From positions 3,038,001 through 3,102,000 of the forward strand of contig CM060733.1 in assembly GCA_030704615.1 (NCBI GenBank): 64,000 nucleotides of DNA, given 5' to 3'. The notes under the pieces were generated by a model. That model was not told the origin of the DNA. It searched no databases and saw only the letters and a program-made list of their open reading frames with translations. Origin of the DNA: Takakia lepidozioides. Its lineage: Eukaryota > Plantae > Bryophyta. The translations under genes were made by a program, and so were the position numbers. This document shows positions 12,801-23,413 of the stretch, piece by piece (position 1 is the first letter of the stretch; the number at the start of each line of letters is the position of its first letter).

Positions 12801-13308
12801 TGCAAATAAGTTGAAGGGGTACAGTGGTATCCATGACAAACCCCTGCAGCATGATTTGCATGTTGAACCGCAAGAGCAGTCACGGGCTGCACCAGTGTTA
12901 CGAACGGAGTATGGAACACTTGTCGCTAGGCCCAGTATATATGACCGGGGTGGGCAAAACAAACGTGACACAGCCTATCACAGCCCATCACGGCGTGACA
13001 CAGCCTATCACAGCCCATCACGGCGTGACACAGCCTATCACAGTCCATCACGGCGTGACACAGCCTATCACAGCCCATCACGGCGTGACACAGCCTATCA
13101 CAGCCCATCACGGCGTGACACAGCCTATCACAGTCCATCACGGCGTGACACAGCCTATCACAGCCCGTCACGACGTGACACAGCCTATCACAACCTACCG
13201 CAGCGTGTCACAGCCTATCACAGCTTACCACAGTGCAACACAGCCTATCACAGCGTAACACAGTATGACACAGCTCAACACAGCCTACTAAAGTTACACG
13301 ATCCATAG
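6829..13308 (+). CDS. gag-pol: Gag-Pol polyprotein, broken by about 5 small deletions
   Basis: Gag capsid (YSG..DPDVHI..F..SL...ASEW), three CCHC knuckles (CAKCQNEGHTTTEC, CTICKMDNHSTENC, CYYCNQPGHRKAAC), protease VLIDGGSGVN, RT MDGFSGYNQ / MPFGLCNAPATFQR / LDD, RNase H HCDAS..YASR..ERE, integrase HHCC and WGLDFVGP..SDQG..QAE. Confidence 0.93.
12963..13290 (+). repeat. Internal tandem array, 30-bp unit (3 x 10 bp) cggcgtgacacagcctatcacagcccatca, read as RRDTAYHSPS
   Basis: About 7 near-perfect units plus a degenerate tail; shorter equivalent in E2 at 30161-30377. Confidence 0.9.
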
Positions 13309-13313
13309 AATCA

Positions 13314-16300
13314 GTGACAAGTGGACACATAAAAACTTCAGGAAAATGGCTGAAGGAAGAAGAAACGGAAATTAATTTAAAAATAGACACGTGGAGGTCA
13401 GGGTGCGACACACAGCAGAGAATGAAGTGCAAGGACAGGTGTCAAAAAGAAAGAGGACAAGAACGGCCGTCAAAAGGGATGAAAGGCGGGCCCATTAATG
13501 AATACGGAAAAAGGGAAACAGAACGAACGGCAAGTACAGAAAAACTGAATTCATGTCGCATGTGTGATCCTAGTGGACTATCCAACAGGGAAAGTCCACT
13601 AAAGAAGATAAAAGTTAAAATCCAGTCACAGCGGATACAGCCAATAGAAAACCAGAGAAATGATCAAGAAAATGGAGGGAAATTAAGCGCAAGAGGCGGC
13701 GTCGTTCTGAGTAACGGGCGTCTCGACAGGACAGGCCATAAATGCTATAACTTGGAAACTATGGAGGAACTAACAGACTATACGCTCGCAATATTACTTA
13801 CGCAGTGGCATAGACACGAAACGACAGAGCAGAGCTTTTCTCTTGAGCAATGCTTGCAAGCCCCGCAGGCTTACAAGAGATTACCCATAGCTTTCTGCGG
13901 CAACCATACGTTTCTGCTTTGTGCACTACAGGCATTCCTGCAGTTGTTACAGCCAAAGCAGTTCTGTGAGTCTAAGATGAAGAGAGTGAGAGGAATGGAG
14001 GAAATCAGGGTGAAGAGCACCACAATTCTGCAGAAACAAACGATGGCTACCCCACAGGCGATAAAGATACTGAAGGAGCTGAGATTGGAAGGATTGCAAA
14101 GCATGGATTGGACACTACACCATAGACAGTACATGTTACAATTTTTGCAGAACTTTGAGCCAAAGACAGGAACAACAACGGTGAAGGGAGTTGAATTAAT
14201 GATTACTCCCCTATACCTCCAGCAATTGTTTCGATTGCCAGCAGGTCATGTGTATGTGGAGGAACACAGGGAAAGACTGCAAATAGGGGATTTATTCCAA
14301 GAAGGGAGTTTCTTTAAAACTCAGGGTTATGCTTGTACCAAAGCTGTGTACCCAGGGTTAAAAGACATAGGCCAAGTATTGAACGTTCTGATTGCCCTGA
14401 AACAGAACCAACAATATTTGAGCAGATCCTTCACAGAGGAAATCCTCAAAGGCTTGAAGGGACAAGAGGTACCATGGGCGGACATAATGTACAACGCACT
14501 GGTAGAGGAGATGAAAAGATTACAAGGTACTACCGCAAAATCTCCTATCATAGTGTCTGGCCCAATCATTGCTCAAATAATCCTTAGTTCTGGCATACTT
14601 AATGCACAAGAAAGGAAGGAAATGGGAGTGTTTGAGCCAGAAACAACTGCAATGGAAGAGCAAGGCTCTTCACACAGTGAGGGTGGACTAGCAGCACAAC
14701 CCGAGACTAAGAGGCAGAGAAGGGGAAAGACTGTAGTGGCGGATCCACTGGCTTCACGGATTCCGCATGATAATGTTTCCCAAGCTCATGACCAGGAAGG
14801 GGCACAGCAGCACAAAAGAATGTTATTACTGGAAGCAGGACCTTCAGAGAGGGAGGAAGAAGTTACTTCTGCATCACAACCAACACAGCCACTTGAACGA
14901 CTTGTCACAAGGTCACAAGTTATCCATGCAGCTCAACCCGAAATAATTGATTTGGAAAGTGAAGGGATAGATATTCCAACTACAGAACAGATAGTGGCGG
15001 AAATAGAGAAAGGGGACCTTCTCTATGAATATTCTGGTCTGGTCAAGCAGACAGAAATCCCAGAGGTGCAACAGTTGCCCAAGAGAAATCCTGAGGTACA
15101 TATAATGCACACACCTGTGTCGGAGGTACCACAGGCGGAAGGCCATGACACTGTAGCACCGGTCATAAATGAAGTAGTTCAGGAAGAAAATCCGGTGGGA
15201 CAATGGTCTGAATGGTTAGTGAGACATCATACTGTTGAAGATCAGGAGGAACAGCAGCAACCTCACCATGATGACCCTCAACAGGCAATGCTGATGAGTT
15301 CCATAGGCAGGACACTTAATTTGTTGGGGACTTATGTCAAAACCCATGTTCCAATTACCCAATTGACAGCCTTGAAAGAAGAACTCAGGAAGGAGTTTGA
15401 GGCTCGACTTGCCACTGAGTGTGCAAACAAGGTCGATGAAGAGGTCACTCTCAAGATGAAGCAGGACTTGGCCAATACAGAAATGGCTTTGCAATTGGCC
15501 AAGCAACAATTGATTGAGGCAGGCCTCGCGCAAGACCAGTTGCACGAAGCACATAAGCAACAGCTATACCAAATGCAGGTGCAGCATGAAAGCAAGTTGC
15601 AAGAACTGAATGCACTACATACGGAGTTGCAGACAGTGCATAACAGGATGGCGATACAATGCGCTACATTTACAACTATGCTTGACCAATCAACAAAAGA
15701 AATAAACAGTCAAGCGGAAAAATGTACGAAGGCAGAAGAAGAGAATGTGGAGCACATGAAGCTCATTGTCGATATGAAGAATACAATCTGTCGCAATGAA
15801 GATACTTTCAAGCAATACAGGCAGATGGAAGCTGAGAATGAGAAATACATCGTGGAGTTGCAACAAACCATCGTGGCCAATAGAAATGAAATCGCGGTCA
15901 GTAACAAGGCTTCGAAAGAAGCCAATAATCTACTTGCTGCCTATGCGCAATTGGTTGAGCCACAGGCGAAGCGCATGAAGGCTTTACAACAGCAGTTGGA
16001 ATTGTATAAGCTAAGAGAGGAGCAAACTCTCAGGGGAACCACAAGCAGCTTGGTGGATAACAGCCTTATGCAGGTCTGGTTAGCACAAGGGCCAGTAGAA
16101 GGCAAAGCCCCACGGAAGCTCACCCAAAGCGAGATGAATGAGCTTAGACTGCAGGTGCAGAACATTGCCACAACTACTATAGACAATGTCTATAGTAGGA
16201 TAGCAGAGTTACAAGAGGATGTAGACGGACTCCAGACTCAAGTGGAAGACCTCACTTCAAACATCGACCAAAGAGTCTATATCCCTCAGGAACAGCTAAT

Positions 16301-17528
16301 GGCTTCTTATTTGCAAGCCAGAACTCTGGCTTTTCAGTCTTCACAGGAGGTGCAGGAGATGCCAATGGTACAGGAACCAGTACCACCACCACCACAACAG
16401 GTCAGTGTACCAGTAGCTGAACCTGTGGTTACTACAACCACACCACAGCCACCACAGCCGGAGGTATGGGGCAATGCAGCTTTTAACCCACCTAAAACTC
16501 CAGCTGCCAGGGAGTACAGTAGGGCTATGATTATGCCCTTCAACCAAATTCCCATCATGTTGGATTTGGCTTGGAAAGAATTTAGTCCTCCGCAGTCATT
16601 CGCACATTACTACCAAATCATGCGTATTTGGCTGCCAGTGGCAACCAGGACTAAAGTTCTTCCAAACAATCGACATATTGAAGATCATCACTTTGCACAA
16701 TACTGGCACGAGGCAGGTACCATGTTGAGGGAATTGGTTGCTTTCCAGGTTGTACATGGACTCATTTATACCAAGACCAAGGAGATAGCAAGTATTGTCA
16801 TGGGGTGCGGGCTATACTACGCTGCTTGTTTTCTGATACGTTACCACATAGAGCAACAAAAGATGCAAGCACGCTTTCAAAGTTACTCCAGTGGAGATCA
16901 TTGGGTATTACCTTCGGTGCCACCTCATATGTACCTATATGACCCAAAAGTTATGATACAGAAGGATTCTCAAATTCGTTCATGGTTTCAAGCAGCCTGC
17001 AACAATTTGTCAACACAGAAATTCGGACTTGATGACATTTTCTATAAGGGACATATCGCATGGAAATACTTGCACGCTGCACCAGTAATTGGTACCCCAC
17101 TCATCTGGACAGACAAGGAGCTCAGTGTCTACACCAATTTTGCTGTTCAACGGTTACACCAGGTTGTAAAATGCAAACTTCCAGACATGGTAGGACAGCA
17201 TTGTATGCCCCAGATGATTCCACAAAAAGTTCGAAAATTAAAACACCTGAGAGGCGATGAGGATTCTGATACAACTGTTTCTTCACAAAATTCTTTTGAC
17301 ATGGGAGAAGACTATGCAATTCAGATGGAAGAGAAGAAACAAAGGGGATCTCCTATGCCGGAAAGATTACCTCGATATCAGCCTCCAGAAGGCCTCACTT
17401 ATCCAGGTAGTGATCAACCATCTCCATCAACCAGAGACAGACCTCGGGCTCGTACACACAGCCCACCACGAAACTCTCAACGTCAACAAGGTGCTCACTC
17501 ACAAAGGTTTGCTACTCGGAAACAGTAA
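13314..17528 (+). CDS. Large sense 3' extra ORF (ORF3); probable ATG 13977; plant-transposon-protein-like N domain plus long coiled coil
   Basis: 1404 open codons. LQFLQNF...TTVKGVEL.ITP..LQQLFRLP resembles the domain in Athila-type extra ORFs. Heptad-rich E/Q/L region at ~15.3-16.3 kb. Conserved in E2 and E3. Confidence 0.8.
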   Translation: MTSGHIKTSGKWLKEEETEINLKIDTWRSGCDTQQRMKCKDRCQKERGQERPSKGMKGGPINEYGKRETERTASTEKLNSCRMCDPSGLSNRESPLKKIKVKIQSQRIQPIENQRNDQENGGKLSARGGVVLSNGRLDRTGHKCYNLETMEELTDYTLAILLTQWHRHETTEQSFSLEQCLQAPQAYKRLPIAFCGNHTFLLCALQAFLQLLQPKQFCESKMKRVRGMEEIRVKSTTILQKQTMATPQAIKILKELRLEGLQSMDWTLHHRQYMLQFLQNFEPKTGTTTVKGVELMITPLYLQQLFRLPAGHVYVEEHRERLQIGDLFQEGSFFKTQGYACTKAVYPGLKDIGQVLNVLIALKQNQQYLSRSFTEEILKGLKGQEVPWADIMYNALVEEMKRLQGTTAKSPIIVSGPIIAQIILSSGILNAQERKEMGVFEPETTAMEEQGSSHSEGGLAAQPETKRQRRGKTVVADPLASRIPHDNVSQAHDQEGAQQHKRMLLLEAGPSEREEEVTSASQPTQPLERLVTRSQVIHAAQPEIIDLESEGIDIPTTEQIVAEIEKGDLLYEYSGLVKQTEIPEVQQLPKRNPEVHIMHTPVSEVPQAEGHDTVAPVINEVVQEENPVGQWSEWLVRHHTVEDQEEQQQPHHDDPQQAMLMSSIGRTLNLLGTYVKTHVPITQLTALKEELRKEFEARLATECANKVDEEVTLKMKQDLANTEMALQLAKQQLIEAGLAQDQLHEAHKQQLYQMQVQHESKLQELNALHTELQTVHNRMAIQCATFTTMLDQSTKEINSQAEKCTKAEEENVEHMKLIVDMKNTICRNEDTFKQYRQMEAENEKYIVELQQTIVANRNEIAVSNKASKEANNLLAAYAQLVEPQAKRMKALQQQLELYKLREEQTLRGTTSSLVDNSLMQVWLAQGPVEGKAPRKLTQSEMNELRLQVQNIATTTIDNVYSRIAELQEDVDGLQTQVEDLTSNIDQRVYIPQEQLMASYLQARTLAFQSSQEVQEMPMVQEPVPPPPQQVSVPVAEPVVTTTTPQPPQPEVWGNAAFNPPKTPAAREYSRAMIMPFNQIPIMLDLAWKEFSPPQSFAHYYQIMRIWLPVATRTKVLPNNRHIEDHHFAQYWHEAGTMLRELVAFQVVHGLIYTKTKEIASIVMGCGLYYAACFLIRYHIEQQKMQARFQSYSSGDHWVLPSVPPHMYLYDPKVMIQKDSQIRSWFQAACNNLSTQKFGLDDIFYKGHIAWKYLHAAPVIGTPLIWTDKELSVYTNFAVQRLHQVVKCKLPDMVGQHCMPQMIPQKVRKLKHLRGDEDSDTTVSSQNSFDMGEDYAIQMEEKKQRGSPMPERLPRYQPPEGLTYPGSDQPSPSTRDRPRARTHSPPRNSQRQQGAHSQRFATRKQ

Positions 17529-17549
17529 ACCGTGAGGACACGGCTTTTT

Positions 17550-17566
17550 GAGGGGGGAAGGGGTAA
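17550..17566 (+). promoter_or_regulatory. Polypurine tract of E1
   Basis: gaggggggaaggggtaa immediately before the 3' LTR. Confidence 0.9.
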
Positions 17567-18739
17567 TGTTAGAGGACTGTAGGGGACTTAGACACTTATA
17601 CGGGATCTGTAGGGTACCCTTAATTTTTGCACAGACTGAGACAAACAGGAACCTTAGGGGTGACAGCAGCGCACTGTAGAGGGGGGTTACATAGCCCACA
17701 CAGCCGACACAGCAGTCACAGCCCACACAGCCAACACAGCCCGTCACAGTCGTCACAGCCCACACAGCCGTCACAGCCCACACAGCCAACACAGCCCGTC
17801 ACAGTCGTCACAGCCCACACAGCCGTCACAGTCGTCACAGCCCACACAGCCAACACAGCCCGTCACAGTCGTCACAGCAGACACAGCCCACACAGCCGTC
17901 ACAGCCCACACAGACAACACAGCCCGTCACAGTCGTCACAGCCCACACAGCCGTCACAGTCGTCACAGTCCACACAGCCAACACAGCCCGTCACAGTCGT
18001 CACAGCAGACACAGCCCACACAGCTAGTCACAGCCCGGCACAGCCACACAGCCAGTCACAGCCCGACACAGCCAAACACAGCCAGTCACCGCTTGACACA
18101 GCTGTCACGATAATAGGGAACGAAGAGTAGGACAGGGAACGACTGTGGGGAACAACACCAGTGAAGGGAACATGTTAGTTCACATACGACGGTTAGAGAG
18201 GGAAACGGTTAGAACCGCGGATAGGAGGATAAAGGGAAGAACGGGGAATGAGGAAGGGATCATTATTAGGATCATTATTCGGGGAATGAGGATTTCGGAG
18301 TCATACGGGAGCGGAAGTCGGTGAGCACGATGAAGGAGGAAAGAGGATTAGTAGATGCTTGTTATATGCAAAGCTGTAGGGATATTGTAGAGGAGAATAG
18401 AGACACAATGGCTTCGGCCTGATACCTGATAAATCATAATCTGATACTTATACGATACAATCACACTGTGTAGAGAGATCTGAGTGAAGCTGTGGATTGA
18501 ATGGAGGAGTGAAGGAAACCGATAAATTGATGAAGCAAACTGATACTTAATTATCAATGGTAAGGTAGCTAAGATGAATGCGGAAAAGGAAACAAATAGG
18601 AAACACCCCCATGATACACTAGCTGTAGGTCATGACTGATTGTTCTGCGCGGGCTGAGTACTTAGAGATTTCCAACTCTTCTATCTTGGAGTTTCCGCCT
18701 CGGATAGCGAAGGGATGGGTGAGTAAAAGCCGCGCGACA
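17567..18739 (+). repeat. E1 3' LTR (1173 bp)
   Basis: Appears identical to the 5' LTR outside the CACAG array. Confidence 0.95.
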
Positions 18740-18744
18740 TACGC

Positions 18745-18798
18745 TTCCAGATTGCTGATCTGGTTAAGATGCTCAGAGGTAAGCACTATATTTATTAA
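18745..18798 (+). pseudogene. C-terminal end of the PLE ORF
   Basis: Removing E1 and one TSD rejoins ...TFPGVR with FQIADLVKMLRGKHYIY* in frame. Confidence 0.7.
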
Positions 18799-19024
18799 CC
18801 TAAATGATTTCAATGATTGATTTCATTTTGCTTGTTCTAAATCACCCAGCCTGTCTAAGGGTAGCCTGATAATCCTTTTCAGGACATCTTTCGAAGGATT
18901 GGCATATGAGCAGGGAGAGCTTGCCCTTTTGGAGAGGAGTCTGGTATGCACTCCCTTACGGGGTGAGTGCATACCACACTCACTCCGTAAGGGCCTGCCA
19001 TACTAGGGGTAGGATGGTGGGATT

Positions 19025-21435
19025 CCCTCTCTCTCCCTCTCTCTCCCTCTGGACACTAGGCTCATGGAATTGTTGTCCCGACTTCCATTTTTGAGGAAAT
19101 TGAAAAAAATCGAAAAATTGGGTTGCAGGGAATTTTGGAGGTCATTTATCCATTTTTTTATTTTTTTTAAACTATATATTTTTTAGAGAAATATTTCTTC
19201 ACTAAAAAACCTGTGAAACTCCCGTCAGTTTCTACTTTTTCAATCCAACCTGGATGAAAAAAGGACTTCATTTGACAGGACCTAAATACATGGCAAGACA
19301 GTTTTTTTATAAAAATCCCCCATATTTTTCATCTAACCTAGATGAAATACGGACTACATCCGTTGAGTGCAAGACAGGATGAAAGCATGATGTCTTTCAT
19401 CTTCCACGAATGAGAAACGGACAACGTCCGTCGGGCGGACAGCCTGGCGGATGTTTTTCATCCTGAGAAGGATGGATGACGGGCCAGACAGGGGAAAACC
19501 CTGCGCAACCCTAATGTCTTTCTTTTTGCACTGCGAGAGCGCGCGCGATGGCTGCTTGTGAGGAGCGATGGTGCTCGTGCTGCAGATAACTTGAGCTGCC
19601 AATCCTTGAGTGTTTATGGCTCTTGTGAGCGACGCTAGGGCGAGCTCTTTAAGGCGATGGCGGTGGCTTAGAGATGAGGGAAGACTCCCTGTCTCAGTTG
19701 TTTGTTTTTTTGCTGCACAAGGGAACCGCGGCAGTGCTGGCGGAGGCACCACCTGCATGACTATGACGTTTCCCTAAGAGCCCTCCTCTGGATCTTTGAT
19801 AAATGGCAGCACAAGGAAGTCTCTCTCCCTCCCTTTATAAACCCTACCTGTTGAGACCAAGCTCTTTTTTTCTTGTGCTTGGCAAGATCTTGCTTTGGTT
19901 AAGGTAGAAGTGTTGTGGTGCTGGCGGAGTCCTCCCTGCACGGTTAGGCTTGTGGAGAGATGGCGACTCTCCCCCAAACAGTAAAAAAGGTTTTTTTTCT
20001 GTTGATTTTGCTTCCTTGTTTCCTTTGGCATTCTCTGCGCTTAGATTGAAGTGTATTTGACCTCGATAGCAAGTGTGGAAGCGTGCTACTCACCTCGTGC
20101 ATCCTCACTAACTCACAATGCGTTGTGGTTGTTTTTGGGACGAGCACAGGTGAGGGCTTCCACTTAATATTCTGATGTCTAGGTGTTGCTAGATGCCAAG
20201 TGGGATTGCAGAGCAGGGGAAGGAATCATTTGCCAGGGACTCATCCTAAAATGTTGAAAAAACTAAACTACTATATGGTTTTTCTTGATCCTGCCTCTTT
20301 CTTTCCTTGATTTTTAAAGAACAAGTGTAATACTTTCTACGATGGGCTAGTTCGGCCCAGCCAGTGGAAAACCTCTGTTATGATGTGACAGCCGGGTTTA
20401 TGATGGCTTGTGTGAGAGACACACATCTGTTTTCCAGGCCCTAGTTTGCTTTGCTTACCTTATGGTTGTTGGAAACAAATTGAGAAGCTGCAAGGAACTG
20501 TTTGCTGCAGCTACTCGGGTACCTCTGTTGATAAAAGGCCCCTGTTATGTTCCAACCCATATGGCTTTGATTAGCTAGATGCTTAGGCCAGGGTATGGTG
20601 AAGTTTCTGCCTGTGGCTATTCGGCTGACACTGAAATATGGCAGTTATATAAATGGTAACTGGTTTTTGAGGCAGCCAGGATGGTCAAGTGGAAATACCC
20701 CCTGGACATGGTGTAATGACATGGTCAAATGTGGAATGATGTGAAGGGTGTACTGACAGTACCATATACTGTCACAGGATGTGTATGCAGTCCTTTATAT
20801 TTACCTTGCTTTGTCATAAGCTTTTGATTTTCAGCTGTAGCAAGAAATAAAGGTATAGGGGTGTTCTGGAAAACTTACCAGACATATCCACATCCCCTGT
20901 GGGGGCAAGCTGTACTGCACACCGGTCTAAACAAATACTAGCAAGGCAAGGTATTTAAATATGTGATATCCAAGTGTTCCTTTCTTTTTTAAGAAAACCC
21001 TCCATGACACCCATGGGGTTTTAGTAAGTATGCTTGGATTACAGCTTGCAGACAGTAAATCTGTATGACTATGTGACCTGCACCACATCAAGGCCAAAAT
21101 ATGGCCAAGTACCCACCATCCCACCCAGACCTATGTAAGTGTATCATGATCTTGACTGGTGGTCAATCAGCATCAGTGGCATAGTCTCTGGATTATGAAT
21201 CATACTGACATGAACACATTACTGTGCATGGATGTAATTCTGGATTTTCTAAGCTTGATGATTGATGGATGGTGCCACTGTTAAGTGGCTGATATGTCTA
21301 TTTATTCTTTCATGACAACGACCCTAGGGGTCCTGTCTTTGTCATGACATGACAAAAAGTATCTTCCCTCTCTTTTTTGCTGTTCACAAAAGTAAACAAA
21401 CCACAAGGGAGAGAGGGTACAGAAAAAAGTTAAAA
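19025..21435 (+). repeat. Dispersed ~2.4-kb repeat, probable non-autonomous DNA-transposon arm with TCATC..GATGA motifs
   Basis: Highly similar to 62145-64000; its distal end matches 1-174 and 60335-60430. Confidence 0.8.
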
Positions 21436-21443
21436 GATTGTAC

Positions 21444-22160
21444 TCATAAGACGTTGTTTGCCGTAGCCTTGTGGCCATTGACCCCGCGCCCAGTTTGAGC
21501 GGAAAAAAAAGGGACAGAACTTGCCTCTATCAGGGGCTGACGTTGGTAGTAAGACTTACCTTCATATATAGAATTAATCTGGGTTTTCCAGATATCCTCT
21601 AGAAATCCCTTCACACAAGCATCAAACTGCTGTGTGTGATTTGCCCAATAACTAGGCCTTAGGAGGGCCTGGGTTTTTGGCTCAGCCTTGAGACTTTCAA
21701 AGTTGGTAAACAGAGGTACAGGCACAATTCCCTTGATAGATTTGAAGAGAGCATCTCTTTGGTGAGAGAACCCCGGACAGTGTGTCAGAAAATGAGTACT
21801 GTCTTCACATTGCCCACACAACGGGCAATTGCACTCTCCCTTTCCTCTCTGCTTCTGTTTGTTGTTCAAAGGTAGGCTTCCCATCTTGAGTTTAAATTCA
21901 GTCTTGTGCCGAGAGTGGGTAGACCCTTGAGGTCATCCAAGATGTCCTCCCCCATGTCACTGACTGGAAACAAGTTCAGGGAAGTTTTTTGCCTAACTTC
22001 ATTTTCATCAGACAATCTCATGGCAACAGACATGGCTTTGGACACTACAGCCTCTAAGTCAGATTTATCAGCCCATATTGCAGATCCGTACTCCAAGGCA
22101 GGTCTAATAATGCGACAAAGCATGGTTTTCTTAACCTTAGAGTTGACCCCTTTGCAGAAA
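21444..22160 (-). pseudogene. LINE (non-LTR) RT 3' fragment, internally deleted
   Basis: IIRPALEYGSAIW thumb motif and CPLCGQCEDSTHFLTHCPGF..R C-terminal zinc finger. Confidence 0.8.
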
Positions 22161-22528
22161 AGTTAAAAAGAAAGAGGGAGAGGGAAGATATTCACGTCAT
22201 GTCAAGACATGGACAAGACCCATAAGGGTCATTGTCAATTAAAGACATAAACAGCCCTGGATAGGGCACTATCTCACATTTCCAGTCTTGTCAAATCATC
22301 CCAAAAAACACCACCCGATCATCCAAGACAAAACAGGGTGGGAGGGCGAGGTTTGTTCTTGTGTAGGACAAGATAAGATATTGTTGTCCCTGTGCATGCT
22401 GCAAGGCCTCTTGATTCAGCCTGTACATATACCAGCAGCTTACCAATTCAGCCATTAATTATGGCAGGTCATGCATCAGCCAAGGCATAAGGACCAGCCT
22501 GCATTTTGTCAAAGTCTCAGTATACCAC

Positions 22529-23413
22529 TGTTAGAGGACTGTCTAGGACTTAGACACTTATACGGGATCTGTGGGGTACCCTTAATTTTGCACAGACTAA
22601 GACCAACAGGAGCCTTAGGGGGTGACAGCAGCGCACTTTAGAGGGGGGTTACACAGCCCGTCACAGTCCGACACAGCCGACACAGCCCATCACAGCCAAC
22701 ACAGCCCGTCCCAGTCCGACACAGCCGACACAGCCAGACACAGCTTGACACAGTCGACACAGCCCAACACAGTCACACAGCCAGTCACAGCTTGACACAG
22801 CTGTCACGACCATAGGGAACGGATAGCAGGATAGGGAACGACTGTGGGGAACAACATCTGCGAATGGAACATGTTAGTACACGGATGACGACGGTTAGTG
22901 AGGGAAACGGTTAGAACAACGGGTAGGAAGATAAAGCCAGGAGCGAGGATAGGAGGAGGATCATTTCTTGGGGAATTATGGGAGAAGGAGGGAGAGCACA
23001 GAGTAGGAGGAGGGCGATTTGTTGATGCTTAATGAATGCAAGCAGTAGAATTGTAATGTAGAGCAGATTAGAGACTCCATGGCTTCAGCCTGATACTCGA
23101 TAGATATTAATCTGATACATACTTCATACTCATACTGTGTAGAGAGATCTGAGTGAAGCTGTGGAATGAATGGATGAGTTGATGGGATCCGATAGATTGC
23201 TGAAGCAAACTGATACTAAATTACCAACAGTAAGGTAACTAGCTAAAAAGAATATAAGAAGGAAAACAAATAGGAAACACCCCCATGATACACTAGCTGT
23301 AGGTCATGACTGATTGTTCTGAGCGGGCTGAGTGCTTAGAGATTTCCAACTCTTCTATCTTGGAGTTTCTGCCTCGGATAGCGAAGGGATGGGTGAGCAA
23401 AAGCCGCGTCACA
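22529..23413 (+). repeat. E2 5' LTR (885 bp)
   Basis: TG..CA; repeat of 34627-35520 with several substitutions. Confidence 0.93.

Larger units (their letters stand above)
5049..18739 (+). mobile_element. Full-length Ty3/gypsy LTR retrotransposon E1 (non-chromovirus; Athila/Phygy/Selgy-like)
   Basis: TG..CA LTRs, 5-bp TSD TACGC (5044-5048 and 18740-18744), PBS, PPT, order gag-PR-RT-RH-INT. No chromodomain or second RNase H seen. Confidence 0.96.

Noticed and set aside
13314-17528. Calling ORF3 env
   Set aside because: Only its position is env-like; no signal peptide, cleavage site or clear transmembrane anchor was recognised.
18860-18900. Hammerhead ribozyme in the PLE 3' region (ctgataa-tcct-tttc-agga)
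   Set aside because: The core lacks CTGANGA and the GAAA after stem II.
19354-20147. Short minus-strand ORFs shared with 62471-63261
   Set aside because: No recognisable domain; conservation is explained by recent duplication.
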